Of a stretch of DNA of 64,000 nt, positions 1-11,886 are shown in pieces. The translations under genes were made by a program, and so were the position numbers. The stretch is from Phyllosticta citribraziliensis (taxonomy: Eukaryota): NCBI RefSeq assembly GCF_038025025.1, contig NW_027117347.1, forward strand, positions 1,054,001 to 1,118,000, written 5' to 3'. The notes under the pieces were generated by a model. The model was not told the origin of the DNA. It was given only the letters and a program-made list of their open reading frames with translations, and made no database searches. Within the stretch, counting starts at the first letter, position 1, and each line of letters begins with the position of its first letter.

Positions 1-1789
1 AGAAACCCACCTCGACGGCGTGACTCAGCATCACGACGTAGCCTGCAAAGCCCGTAGCCGCCACCAAAGGCTCGCATGACAGCGCCACGTTCGCTGCCAG
101 CATGCATGAGGGCTTGTCGCCGCGCCGTGGGAGTGGACGTCTATCTCGAAGAAGGAGTTTGCCGCTACAGTCAGCGGGCGGATTGGTGAAACGCCTTTGA
201 GCCCCGGTTCACTCCAGAGTCGCATTGCCGTATGGTAGCCGGCTGGCTTGTCAAGCGTTGGCGGTACCAGGGTGGCTGCCCTTCTTTCCCCACCACGCCG
301 CATCGTCTCGTCTCGCCCCGGCCGGCAAAGACGGCGACTCGGGTACGGTGAGCGAAGGAGACTTTTGGCTCTTTGTCGCGCCCTCGAGCCGCATTCTCGC
401 GACCCGCCTGCTGAGTAGTGATGCGGAAGCTGAAAGCCGACTTGCAGTGGATGGTGGGTTGTGCCGTTGGTGGACGATCGTACCTGGTCGCGAGGTCGAC
501 GCTGAAGTCGTTCTTGGATTCTTCGACCTAGCTGGTACCAGCCAGAGTCTGCGAGGCTGTTCGTCTCTACGATTGGGTCTTGCGTCGACGTTGGGATAGA
601 GCCGCGGTCGAGATGCTTCTGATTGGCATCGGGCCGCTTAGCCCGCTCAGCTCATCCAACCGCCTATCCGCAAGACCACGCCACCAAAACTCCTCAACCA
701 CGCCTTTGTTGACCCCTGACACTGTTGGCCAACAACACCAGGCATGCAGCCACGGTCTTCCTGCGCCGGCAAAGACCCGAAACGATCCTCAGGTTTTCCC
801 AACTTGCATTCTCGGCCCGTGGTCCCATGAGCGCACCTCGTTTGAAGAACGCGTGCTGGCGTAGTCCTGTACCTTGCGGATACGGATGACCGTACCTGAC
901 CAATATTGCTACGCTGTCTGTCTTCGTGTGTGAAGCGCTAGAAGGATGTCGGTGTGATTCGCGCGGGACGAAGCGAGTGGTGCTCATTTTAGATGCAATG
1001 TCACGGATCCAGAGGCGAGAGGATCATTGCAGCCACCCGCTGTCGTCGAATGGGGAAACTGGCAGCGTGACATTAGTCTGAAAACTTGCGCAATACGGAT
1101 TGACAAGGATCGCTCGTACTGGCAGATGTTTGGTGACATGACTGGTGGAACCTGTAATTATCAATATCCTGCATCTCAACGGCGGTGAAGGAAGACATCA
1201 AGAAGGATTCGGGGCAAATGAGGGTTGAATTGACATCTTCTCAGCCGCACGACTAACAAATGTAATGAAAGGTCTTCAAGTGGCTCCTTCTCGGGGGTAC
1301 GGCCCCTTCCGAACAGCAGACACTCTTGGAATATTCGCAGGAAGCAACGCACCGTTGCTGCTTCCATTTGGTAATCTAGTTCCCCACAATCGAGGGATTG
1401 GCACCGATGCGGGGTGGATTCTTCCAGGATCACTACCGAGTCCACTAGCTTCTCCAGTCTTTCCCCAACATGCAGCAATTTGTTTCCGAGCTTGCCAACT
1501 CTTTTTCGCTGGGCAATTAGCACCATTTGAAATCCCTTGCGCCAGTCATTGAGAGAAAAAGAGAGCATGAGCAGTATGGGACAGTCTCAGTCCCAATGTC
1601 GGGGCTATTCATGAGCTGACATCTCTAGACAGGCTCATCGTTACAAGTCTTTGTGAAACGTGTGCGATCCGCGAAGCGTGGGAAAATCCAGAGGGGTTGT
1701 GAGCCTCCGCATGGATTACACTCCCTGCTCCCGGAATCAAACGGCAGGCGTTCTGGTAGGGCGCAGTGCTTGTCATACGTACCCATGGA

Positions 1790-3562
1790 CTAGGATTGAC
1801 CGTTTGAGCCCCCATTTTGCAGGTTTCTCAACATGGCCTGAAGGAAGTCACCTTGGTTCATTTGTGGCTGCTGTTGACTTTGACCCTGAGGCTGCGCGTT
1901 GTTAGACTGCTGGTTTGCTGCTGCCAGTGCTTGAATCATGCGAAAGGCCTCTGCAGCTTGCGACGGATCACCCCCGAATTGAGGAGGGGGTGGTGGGATG
2001 AAGGCAGTCTGCTGCTGCTCCTGCTGCTGCTGATTCTGGAAGAACGCTGGGTTGACAAACGACCCAGCCGGGAAAGCTCCCTGGTTGTTGGCTCCAAACG
2101 CATAGGGAGCATTGTTTTGAGGCCAAGCCGGTGCCTGTGTTTGACCAAACTGGAAAGGATAGTTCTGATCCGTAGGGTAAGAAGGGAATTGCTGTTGCGG
2201 TTGCTGTTGTTGGCTTTGAGGTTGGTTGTTCTGGTGGCCCGAATGCGATGCTGCTCCTCCACGACCACCTCGGGCTCCGCGGCCGCCTCGAGCTCTGTTT
2301 CCGTGGCCGCGACGAGTCCTTGGATGTTCTTCAACGGTTACACTGGCACCCATTTGATGGTGAAGGCCATCTGGTCGAGCAAGAGGAGTGTAGAGGTCCG
2401 CACCGTCATCATCATAGCTCAGCGCTCCCGTATATCCTTCCGGCTGACTGGGCTTCGGCGCCGCACCGCGACCTCCGGCCTTTTCTTCCCGCTTCGCTTG
2501 CTTTTGCTTACGCTTGTGTTCGGCCTCGGCCTCGTCGTCGGAAAATTCGAGTTCATTGTCGGCAACCTCTTCGTCGAACTGGTTCGACGCATCGGTACCC
2601 TTGAGGTTCTTGAGAGGTTCTGTAAACACATACGTCGAGTGCTGGTCGACGTAGTAGACGGTCGTCCCATTGATGAGACCGGCGGCTTCAATCTCACTGC
2701 GGTCGTTGAACGCCACGGTGTACAGCGGTTCTTGTACGCGACCAAGTGTGTCTATGACAGCACCAATGACGGCTCGGTCTTCGGTGCAGAGTACGGATCC
2801 ACTCTCCAAGACCTGGTATTCTCCCGACACGTTCGCACGAATGAGGATCATATTATCCACAATGCTGTCCACCTTGCCCAAGTCGGTGATTTTCATGTCC
2901 GGGGTGACGGTGACGTCTGGCTTCTCGATTTTGACTTCGGCGACCTCGTTCGCAGTGCGCAGTTGAGCAGCAGTGGCCTTTCCGCCTTCGTCGTCGCCGT
3001 ACTCTTCCTGCATCAGGATTCGTGCCTGCTCCATAGGATCCAACAAGGGGTAGTCGCCCTCATCCTCGCTCTCGTCGTCCGAAGAGGTGTCGCTCGAAGT
3101 GTCAGATTCGGTCGATGACTCGGCGTCTGAAGGATCGTATTGCCACTCGGCGCCCGGATTGTTCTTGTTGGTTTCGGCGGCTTCGAGGAATTCGGGGTCG
3201 ACCTTTGCTTTGGTCTCGGATTCTTGGTTAGGAGACGCGGGTTTCTCGGGAGCCGGGGCTTGCGACGCGTCGCCGTCGACCATGGTCGTATCTTGGTCGT
3301 GAGGTGCTTGAGCATTTTCCGAGATCTCGGGTTGAACGCTCGGCTCTGAGGGGTGTAAAGAGCTTTCTCCGAGCTTTTGTTCAATGTCGTTCACGTTCTC
3401 GGGCTTTCTAGAGAAATCGGTGGTGTCGACTGTTGCCGCGCCTTGTTGAGCCGGCGATGGCTCTTGAGAGCCATGAGCGTTGGGGGGGATATTTTCAGTC
3501 GGGGTTGATTGAGAGGTATCATTGTTCAAGAGGCCAAGGCCAGGAATACCGCCGAAGGCCAT
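1790..3562 (-). CDS. NAF1: H/ACA snoRNP assembly factor Naf1 (Gar1/Naf1 domain)
   Basis: Single long ORF. An acidic/Ser-rich N-terminal region is followed by the Gar1/Naf1 core (LGKVDSIVDNMILIRA...VLESGSVLCTEDRAVIGAVIDTLGRVQEPLYTV...YVFTEPLKNLKGTDASNQFDEEV...EFSDDEAE), then RGG repeats and a Q/P-rich tail. Start placed at MAFGGIPGL (3562) rather than the ORF-track start 3700. Confidence 0.9.
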   Translation of the reverse strand: MAFGGIPGLGLLNNDTSQSTPTENIPPNAHGSQEPSPAQQGAATVDTTDFSRKPENVNDIEQKLGESSLHPSEPSVQPEISENAQAPHDQDTTMVDGDASQAPAPEKPASPNQESETKAKVDPEFLEAAETNKNNPGAEWQYDPSDAESSTESDTSSDTSSDDESEDEGDYPLLDPMEQARILMQEEYGDDEGGKATAAQLRTANEVAEVKIEKPDVTVTPDMKITDLGKVDSIVDNMILIRANVSGEYQVLESGSVLCTEDRAVIGAVIDTLGRVQEPLYTVAFNDRSEIEAAGLINGTTVYYVDQHSTYVFTEPLKNLKGTDASNQFDEEVADNELEFSDDEAEAEHKRKQKQAKREEKAGGRGAAPKPSQPEGYTGALSYDDDGADLYTPLARPDGLHHQMGASVTVEEHPRTRRGHGNRARGGRGARGGRGGAASHSGHQNNQPQSQQQQPQQQFPSYPTDQNYPFQFGQTQAPAWPQNNAPYAFGANNQGAFPAGSFVNPAFFQNQQQQEQQQTAFIPPPPPQFGGDPSQAAEAFRMIQALAAANQQSNNAQPQGQSQQQPQMNQGDFLQAMLRNLQNGGSNGQS

Positions 3563-3792
3563 TTCGTCGATGTTGTGGAGGATTGCAAGTGGAGGGTGAA
3601 AAAGTCGAGTTGCGCGGAGCCGCGACCTGGGCGAGCGCTGGAAATTTTGTGGTGGGATGCCCATGCGGCCCGAGCTCTCAGCCCTATGACGGCTGTCCAA
3701 GCTCCCTTGCAGGCCACTGAGGTGTACCTACCGCAGCCCGAGCGGAGTTCAGCTCTACACCAAAACCTCAACAACTGCAGAGCCCCTTGACC
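3563..3792. promoter_or_regulatory. Short divergent (bidirectional) promoter region NAF1/ALG9
   Basis: Only 230 bp separate the two opposed start codons. Confidence 0.55.
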
Positions 3793-5729
3793 ATGCCGCC
3801 AAAGGATGCTCCCAAGGGCAAGAAGTTGGTTATCAATCGCATGTCCCTATGACTGTCGAGCTCACCAAAATCAGGCAGCCCCCAGATTTCAATCCCGTCG
3901 TCGCCTTCTACATCTTTTCCGCGACACACCTGCTCTCTGCCCTCTATGCTCCAATTCAAGATTGCGACGAGATCTTCAATTACTTCGAGCCGTCTCATTA
4001 CTTGAACCATGGTTATGGCCTCCAGACCTGGGAGTACTCTCCCGATTACGCCATTAGGAGCTGGACGTATGCCGGCTTCCACGCCTTGACAGCCGGCGTC
4101 GCAAGAATCTACCCCGGAACGAACAAGACCACGCAATTCTACTTTCTCCGCTGCATGCTCGCCTTCCTCTGCGCATCCTGCGAGACGAGATTGTTCTCGA
4201 CCATTGCCCGGACCCTGAATCCCCGCATAGCCGTCTTCTTCCTCATCGCCGTCGTCTTCAGCCCGGGCATGTTCCATGCCTCGACCGCCTACCTCCCGTC
4301 GAGCTTCACAATGTATACAAGTATGTTGGGACTGTCGGCCTTTATGGATTGGCGCGGTGGGCTGAGGACGGCTTCGGGTATTACTTGGTTCGGCATTGGA
4401 GCCGTCCTGGGATGGCCCTTTTCTGGCGTCCTCATTCTCCCCTTCATTGTGGAAGAGATGATACTGGCAGCTGTGACCAAGTCTACCAGTGAGACATACC
4501 AGAGATTTGTCTATGGATTCTGCAGATCCCTTCTTGTACTAGTACGTGCGATCGCTCCAGCTCAATGTATTTGCGAAACTCATCATCATTCAGGGATTTG
4601 GAGTCGCTGTCGACTCCTTCTTCTACAAGAAGCTCGTCTGCGTCCCCTTGAACATTGTGTGGTACAACGTCTTTAGCGGCCCAGGACGAGGACCGGAAAT
4701 CTATGGGGTGGAGCCGTGGCACTTTTACATCCGCAACTTGGCCCTCAACTTCAACGTCTGGTTTGTTCTTGCCGTGTCTGCCCTCCCGCTTTTGGTCGGG
4801 AATTATCTGCTTCGGAGACAATCTGTGCCAAAGCAAAACATCCTCAGAGGCGTCGTATTCACGTCTCCATTCTATCTTTGGTTGGCAATTTTCACACTTC
4901 AGCCCCACAAGGAGGAACGCTTCATGTACCCGGCCTATCCATTTTTGGCTGTCAACTCTGCCATTGCGCTCCATGTGGTGCTCGCACACCTGGGATCTAC
5001 GGACCCCAAGGATATCCTGAGCAAGATTCCGGCGAAAATCAAACTCGGACTGGCAGGCGCCCTCGTCTTCGGGGCCATCAACGTTGGCATATGGCGCGCC
5101 CTTGGGATGGTAACTGCATACTCGGCACCGCTCAAGGTCTACGAACCTCTTTGGCATAACGCCAGCGCTGGAGACACAGTCTGTCTGGGCAAGGAATGGT
5201 ACAGGTTCCCGTCATCGTTCTTCCTTCCCAAGGGTGTCCGGGCGAAGTTTGTCAAGAGCGCCTTCACTGGTCTTCTTCCTGGCGAATTCAGCGAAGCATC
5301 AGGCTTTGGACTATTCCCCGGCGCTTGGTTGGTTCCGGCTGGTATGAATGACGAAAATCGGGAAGATTCCGGCAAATATGTGAGTGATCTATGCCATTTT
5401 AGGCCAAGAATGTCAACATCCAGCTGACTTGGACCAAGACGGAAGTCGAACGCTGCACCTTCATGGTCGACTCGGCACTTCCCAGCTGGACCCCATCTGA
5501 GCTTGAGCCAAACTATATTGCAGACACGGCCAACTGGGAGGCTCTCAAGTGTGAAAAATTCCTTGATGCAGCGCAAACGAGCACATTAGGGCGGCTTGGT
5601 TGGGTCCCGGACCTGCCAATCATTCCCGACAAGTACCGCCGTCGGTGGGGAGATTACTGCCTCCTTCGTCGCAAAACCAACAGCAGCTCAGGAGCAGAAG
5701 CAGAACCCCAATCAGACGCAGGCCGTTGA
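3793..5729 (+). CDS. ALG9: ER alpha-1,2-mannosyltransferase (GT22)
   Basis: Exons 3793-3824, 3875-4541, 4594-5379, 5439-5729 with GT..AG introns that restore frame. Motifs IQDCDEIFNYFEPSHYL, QTWEYSPDYAIRSW, QPHKEERFMYPAYP and CLGKEWYRFPSSFFLP; multiple TM segments. Confidence 0.95.
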
Positions 5730-6180
5730 AGAGCGCACGCCGTTGACAGACGGACATCCAATCTGTGGTAGCACGGCGCGGCGGGGTGATGATGCACGGC
5801 AGGGTTTCTTTGCCCCACGCAAAAGGCCCCGAAGCTGCTGGGCCCAAAAAACCCCACGTTACCTATTGCAGCAACGAAACCCCGTTTCGACGCGAACCTT
5901 GGCTGGGAGATAAACCAAACCCCACAGCTCTTTATCGCTGGGCAGTCGTCCGATCCAGGGAACTATTGCTGTTTGTTATTTCAAAGGGGCGATACGAGGG
6001 GAAAGTGAGGCGTTGCCACTGCCATCTACTATCAATCGCGAAAGGCATCTGTATCTATTTAGTTGATTTCCAGCCCACCACAGCTGGGCATTACTTGCAC
6101 AATAACCGGTCCAATTTGCGCCTCTCCCAGAGCTACAAAGTTACCTTTCCACGTGCTAGCTTTTTCCGTTAAGCTACATC

Positions 6181-7723
6181 ATGGAAGCAGTCAAGCTCCA
6201 CCTCCGCCGAGCGTGCGACTCGCCCCATGTCCAGGCTGCCTCACAAGCTTTTCACGATGCCGTCGTCACAAACCCAAAATCGGTCGTCTATGGCCTGCTC
6301 GCCTTGGCTACGTTGTTGTGGGGAGCGGGAGTGCTCGTCAGGCGGTGGAAAAAGGCGAGCGCCAAAGCGTCGAGGTCGCCGTCGCCGGATCTTGAGAAGC
6401 CGTCGTCGCGAAGCAAAGGCGGCAAGGAGCGGCCGTACGGAGGTGAGTACTGTTCGAATCAATTGCAATCCCTGGACTGCCACTATTCGCATCCATTGGC
6501 GCAAATGCTGACGAGGCCCTGCGCGCAGTATGGACACCATCCGACTTCAAACGGCCGGCAGCAAATCCGTACCCCAACTGGAGCGTGACAGAGACCAAGC
6601 CGCTTCCGTATCGGCCGTTCCGCTACGGACCCAAGTACAATATCACGATGGGGCTGCGCTCGCTGCAGTGGGACGACTGGATCGAGCTCGACAACCACTA
6701 CCTCAAGTACCACGAGACGAAGGCGAAGCGGCTGGCGGAGCGCGGCAGCAAATGCTACCACACGGCGCCGGAGGCGTGGGACGGGGCGGTCGAGCTGCTC
6801 GAGGAGCTATGCTCGTACCTGCCGCAGCGATACCCATCGCTGTTTGAGCGGACAAGCACGGGGATGCGCAACCTGGCGACGGGCGAGGACGTCAACTGCG
6901 TGGAGCGGCCGCTCAAGGAGGACCCGATGGCGCTGTGCGCGCGCCAGGTGCAGGACGACCTGGCCATCATGTTCGAGCGGCCCGACGGGCAGTACTACCT
7001 GCTGGCCGGCGCCATCCTGCTGGCGGGCTTCTGGCGCCTCGAGGACAAGCTCGGCATGCCGCTCAGCGAGATCCACACCAGCGGAAACGTGCCCGGCTAC
7101 AAGGAGAAGCTCGAGAAGGGCATGATGAACTTCTTCCGCCGCGTCCAGCCCGACGGCCCCGTCGTCCGCAATAACTACTTCATCCAGGTCGACGACGATC
7201 TGGCGTGGAGTAATAGCATTGGCGACGAGGATGGCCCCGAGGGCTCCGTGGGTTGGTTTACGGCCCAGAAGAATAAGGCGATTGAGCATCATTGGTTTAG
7301 GAGCGAGCGGCAGTCGTTGAGGAGGTTAGTTTTTCTCCTCCCCCAAACCCATTCATTCCCTGCTCTTGCTCTTGCCCGGCCCAACACGGAGAAGACGACG
7401 AAGAAGACGAAAGCACACACTCAATCATCCCCAAGACAAGAAGATCGAGAGACTGACCTTGCCACAGACTCCCACGCTCCGGCGGCGTCGTCTTCACCAT
7501 CCGCACCTACTTCCACCCCATCACCGAAATCGCCAACGAGCCGTACGTGCCGGGCCGGCTGGCGTCGGCCATCCGCAGCTGGGACCAGACGACGCAGATC
7601 TACAAGGGCCGCGACCGCTACGAGCAGGTGCTGCTCGAGTACCTGGACAACAAGCACGCCGAGCAGGTCGCCAACGGGCTGGACTTGTCCAGGGAGGAAG
7701 AGGTGCGAAATTATCCGTATTGA
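6181..7723 (+). CDS. DUF3445 / heme-dependent oxidative N-demethylase alpha-subunit-like protein with N-terminal TM helix
   Basis: Exons 6181-6442, 6529-7324, 7468-7723. Motifs PLPYRPFRYG...ITMGLR..WIELDN, VQDDLAIM, FWRLEDKLGMPLSEIHTSGNVPGY, RNNYFIQ and [25 protein letters not shown]. Hydrophobic stretch VVYGLLALATLLWGAGVLV. Confidence 0.85.
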
Positions 7724-10601
7724 TGACTACGACGACGACGACGATGTTGTGGTGGTCAACAGAGGCGTGATGAGGAGTTTGGTATGGTTTGGTTGGTTGC
7801 GTGGTCGGTCGTTGATGACGTTACCGGTCTCTTTTTCTTGCTCTATCACATCTTCCACCTCCTTTCTTCTCTCCATTCCCTTGTCAGCCGCGGACGCAGA
7901 CAGAGGTAACTGAACGGGAACGATCGAAACGAAGAGGAGCGACGCATATTGAGGAGTTTTCTTTTTTGTTGCTGAGCAGCCGCGCCAAACTGGTTTCTTG
8001 TTGGCTGCCATGGGCAGCACCGTGGTACCTGCAAAATGAACGACGACGACGACGACGAAACGAAGGCGACGGAAGGAGAGTTTCCGCTTCATGGTAGACA
8101 TTGTACTTGGGTAGCAGCGGCGTCGATGCTTCTCGACGAAACATGAATTCGTATTTGCCAAAACGATGTCTCTTTTTGCCGCCGCGGCTCCTGTCGCGGT
8201 CGTCGTGGATAAATAAAATGAGTGAGTGTCTGGCTGTGTGTGGAGCATCACGTCGCTCTTGCCTTTGCCGACAGCATTCGGCGTCCGCATCTCAATACGA
8301 GCAAAAATGCCCAGGTCAGGCAGTCAATCGGATGGACAACTGACGAGTGGACAATTCTCTGCAATTCGCTCGCCAGAAAAATCGGAAAATCAGACCGACA
8401 AGAAAGAGGACGGCACAACCCGAGGCATGCGGAGCGAGCGTACGCAGATCGAGAACGCGAGAAACGAAGGTCTGCAAAGCCACCGAGACAGACACAGCTG
8501 GATCCGTCCGCGTCATTTCCATCATCGTCGTCGTCGTCGTGGTTAACGTTGAGCCAAGGCCCTTGGCAGGTGGCTGGCTGTTGCCCTGACAGACAGCCGG
8601 GACGGCAACGCGGGACGGCGGGACGGACACGAGCAGCAGCAGCGTGAGCAGCGGCGCGTGACCGGCCGCTCGTGAAGCATGTTGATTGCGTTTCGGCGCA
8701 GAGCTGAGACATGTCGGATAGATGGATAAGAGCGGTTGGCGGACGGGCGGGTGGGCGGACGGGCGCCGCGTGGATGGATGGATGGCTGGCTGTGTTTGCC
8801 TGGGAATCAATTTTCCGCGTGTCTATCCCGGTAGATGTACGCCGTTTGCGTTGTTGCTCGCGGCTGGCTAGGTTTCCGGAGACGGAGGAAGAGATTTGTT
8901 GCTGGTTGAGCGTTGGGTACGGTAGGGAACGACGTGGCGCTCGCTGTGTTCGGGAAAGCAACAAGTCGAGAGGGTTAGCTTAGGCTGTACTGCCATGGCA
9001 CTCAATCCCCAGGAATTAACTTGATTACTTCTCTTGTCGTCGTTGTCAAGTCCATGGTGTCTTCATCGTCTTTCTGTTTGGAGATCTACACTCCGCTCCG
9101 TCTACCAAAAATCCGACGTCCGCCGTCGCGTACAGTTCACGTCAATCAATCAATCCGCGTGTGAAATTGAGCTAGGCAGGCAGCGTCGGCGGCGGCGGCG
9201 GCGGCGGACTGGTAATGCCCTTCGTTGCCGCATGCAGCCAGAGTATCGCGACAAGCAGACTTCCAGTGTTTCAAATCTTGCGCTGCACAGCGGCGGGAAA
9301 AAGGTTCGACAGAGACAACAAGAAGCCAGCAAGGCCCACCACCGCGGCGTAGAGTATGGAATGGGGCGGAGCGAAGAAGAACCTAAGGTTGCTGTAAGCC
9401 TTTTGCGAGGAAAGGCTGATATGCGCACCTGACTGAACTGTCTGAGTAGTCTGACGGATTGATTGAGTGAGTGAGGTCGAAGTAAGGCATGAGCCGTTGG
9501 TCTTTGATAGGTACATTACGTACGGTACCTACCAGCTGGAAGCGTTGTCGTCGCGTTTGACTCGGTGGATGATGTGCAGCATGTGCTTGACTTGCTGACT
9601 TGGTGGCTGTCGGTTGGCTCCCTTTGACGTCTCGTTCATGGCGGTCGACCGTGTCGCTGCAGACCATGACATCCGTGGCACGCAAAACCAGCGACACCGC
9701 AGCTTCTTGGTACACAGATGGAGAAAAAACTGGCGACGGTTAGAGTAATCCGAGCAATGATAAGGCAAGAGGATGACGAGGACGACAGAGTCAGGCAAAC
9801 AGGACAAAGCTGTGGGCAAGGCGGAACGGCTTCCCAATGGTCGAATACTCGCTCGGCAAGGTGAGCAAGGAAGAGGTGGACAGGGACCGGGAGCGGAGCA
9901 AAGAAGCTTCTTTTCTTGTTCCTTCAACACCACCCACATGCCACCCGACCGCCTTCCACTCTCCGCGCGAACAACCACACCTAGGCCAGACATCCTTTGC
10001 CCCTTGCAGCGAGCCGGCGGCCGCCCGCCCGCTTGCCCCGGCCGCCAGCCACCACGCTCCCGCCATCCTCGCTCTGATCCTTTAGACGGTTCACCGGCGA
10101 GCTTGTTGGGCTACGAATGCTAAATGTCATGCATCTCCATCCCCGTCTCTTCGCAACGGGTGGATGGAGGCGGGGTAGAAGAGCCAGGCCCCCCGAGCCA
10201 CACGATCTCCCATCGCTCTGCCCCGGTAGCTGCCGCTTGGCTTATTCTTTGTTCTCTGTCGAATATTCTCCTGCAGCAGCTTCGGGATATGTGACAGGCC
10301 CCAATTGACTTTTCGTTTTGCCGAAGACACGGGAGAGGCACATATACAAGCTCACTGAAGTGGTTGCCGCAGGGCACTCTGAGTCACTGTGTTCCAGATC
10401 AGCCTTGTCCCGTCCAGCAAGGAAAGCTTCACGTCAGGGCATCCGGGTTTTGAATGAGAAGGAAGACAAAAAAGCGAAGGAGCCGTTCATGGTGGCAATT
10501 GCAAATCTGATTTGTCGTCGCATGACCTTCGTGAACGCCTTGCCATGCCCCTCTTTGCTCTAGGGTTCCTTGTCTTTCTTTTTCTTTCTTGCTCAATGGT
10601 A

Positions 10602-11886
10602 TCATGACTTGACCTCGTCCTTTGCCAAATCCAATTTTGCCATGGCGTCCTTGACATCCTTACCCACGCTGGCCTCTTGCGCACCCTCACCTTTCAGGCT
10701 GCCGTCTGCCTGTGCTTCGACCTTGGCCGCGCCAGGGTGACGCGTACCCTTGTTCTTGACCTTCTTCTCCTTCTTCTTTTCAGGCGCGGGAGGTGGGTAG
10801 GCAAGCTTCTCGATCTCTTGCCATTCGGGCGATTCGCTGAAGGTCTTCTGGATGGGTGCGAGGAGCTTGTTGATGGCATCCGTCACACCAGCCTTCAGGA
10901 GCTGGGGAGTCAGAACGTCGGCGGCGTAGTCGTCCTTGAGCTTCTGGGCATCGTGGTAGACCAGAGGCTCGCCTTCCCTTCTTTCGACAGTGAAAGTCGG
11001 CTCGCTATCAATAGCACCGGCGGGCAGGAGCACGTATTCAATGAAGGCGATCAGTCCGTTGCCCTCGACCTCCTTGGGGGCTGCAAAGGCCTTCTTGAGC
11101 TTCTTCTTCACTGCGTCCGGGCTGTCCAGGAGGTCAATCTTCGAGTCGGGGTCCGACGACGACATCTTGTCGCCCTGCGATACACATGAATGTCAACACG
11201 CTGATCCGGCGCATCAGATGTGAATCACTTCCTACCTGCAGACCGGGGACCATCTTGTTCATCAGATGTGCCCTCTCCTTGTATCCAAGCTTCGGCAGCG
11301 CCTCCTTGGCCAGAGCGAAGATCTTCCTCTGATCCACACCACCAAATTGTACATCGACGTCGAGGTACTGCTCGTCCAGAGCCTGCATCAGCGGGTAGAT
11401 GAGGCCGGACAGCAGGGGGTTGTCCGTCTGCTTGACAACCTCGGCCCCCGCCCTCTTCGCGTCATGCTCGGTGGTCATGGTGCTCAGCCGCAGCAGGTCC
11501 ATCATGTAGTCCGACGACTTCTGGTACTCGCTGCCCAGCACAAACTCCAGCCGGTCGACCGACACGCCCACGGCCTTCAAGCTCTCCGTTATCACAAACT
11601 TGTAGTACTTGGCGCGGTGGTTGACGAGCTCAATCGGCGCCTTGAGGTTGTCGAGGAAGGCGTGGATGTCGGCAAGCAGGATCTTGACGTGACAGCCCGC
11701 CTGCAGGAACTGAGCAATCTTCAGCATTGGCACAAAGTAGCCGCAGTGAGGGCGCCCCGTGGTTGCCGTGCCCCAGTAAATCTTGACGGGCCGGTTCTGG
11801 TTCCTGACAACATCCTCGAGGATTTCAGGGTTCAGCGACTCCTGCAGGTTCTCAAAGATGAGCGCTAGCTTCTCGTCCGGCGTCAT
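10602..11886 (-). CDS. TYS1: Cytosolic tyrosyl-tRNA synthetase
   Basis: Exons 11886-11236 and 11174-10602. [15 protein letters not shown] (HIGH-like), [23 protein letters not shown]; the KMSSS motif lies just after the splice junction. Confidence 0.97.

Noticed and set aside
1..1275. Short ORFs on both strands at the left edge
   Set aside because: No recognisable motifs and no consistent exon chain; left unannotated.
1817..3118. 433-aa antisense ORF over NAF1, and similar shadow ORFs such as 57525-59102 and 13663-14523
   Set aside because: Expected shadow frames of GC3-biased coding sequence; no motifs.
8944..9112. Telomerase-RNA-like hints on the minus strand: Sm-like ATTTTTGG (9112-9105), CTAACCCT (8978-8971) and a long 31-nt branch-to-AG distance
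   Set aside because: The template-like word lies downstream of the Sm-like site, which is the wrong order for one TER, and it is fully explained as a GCTAAC branch point. No upstream template, pseudoknot or P6.1 was identified. An Infernal search would settle it.
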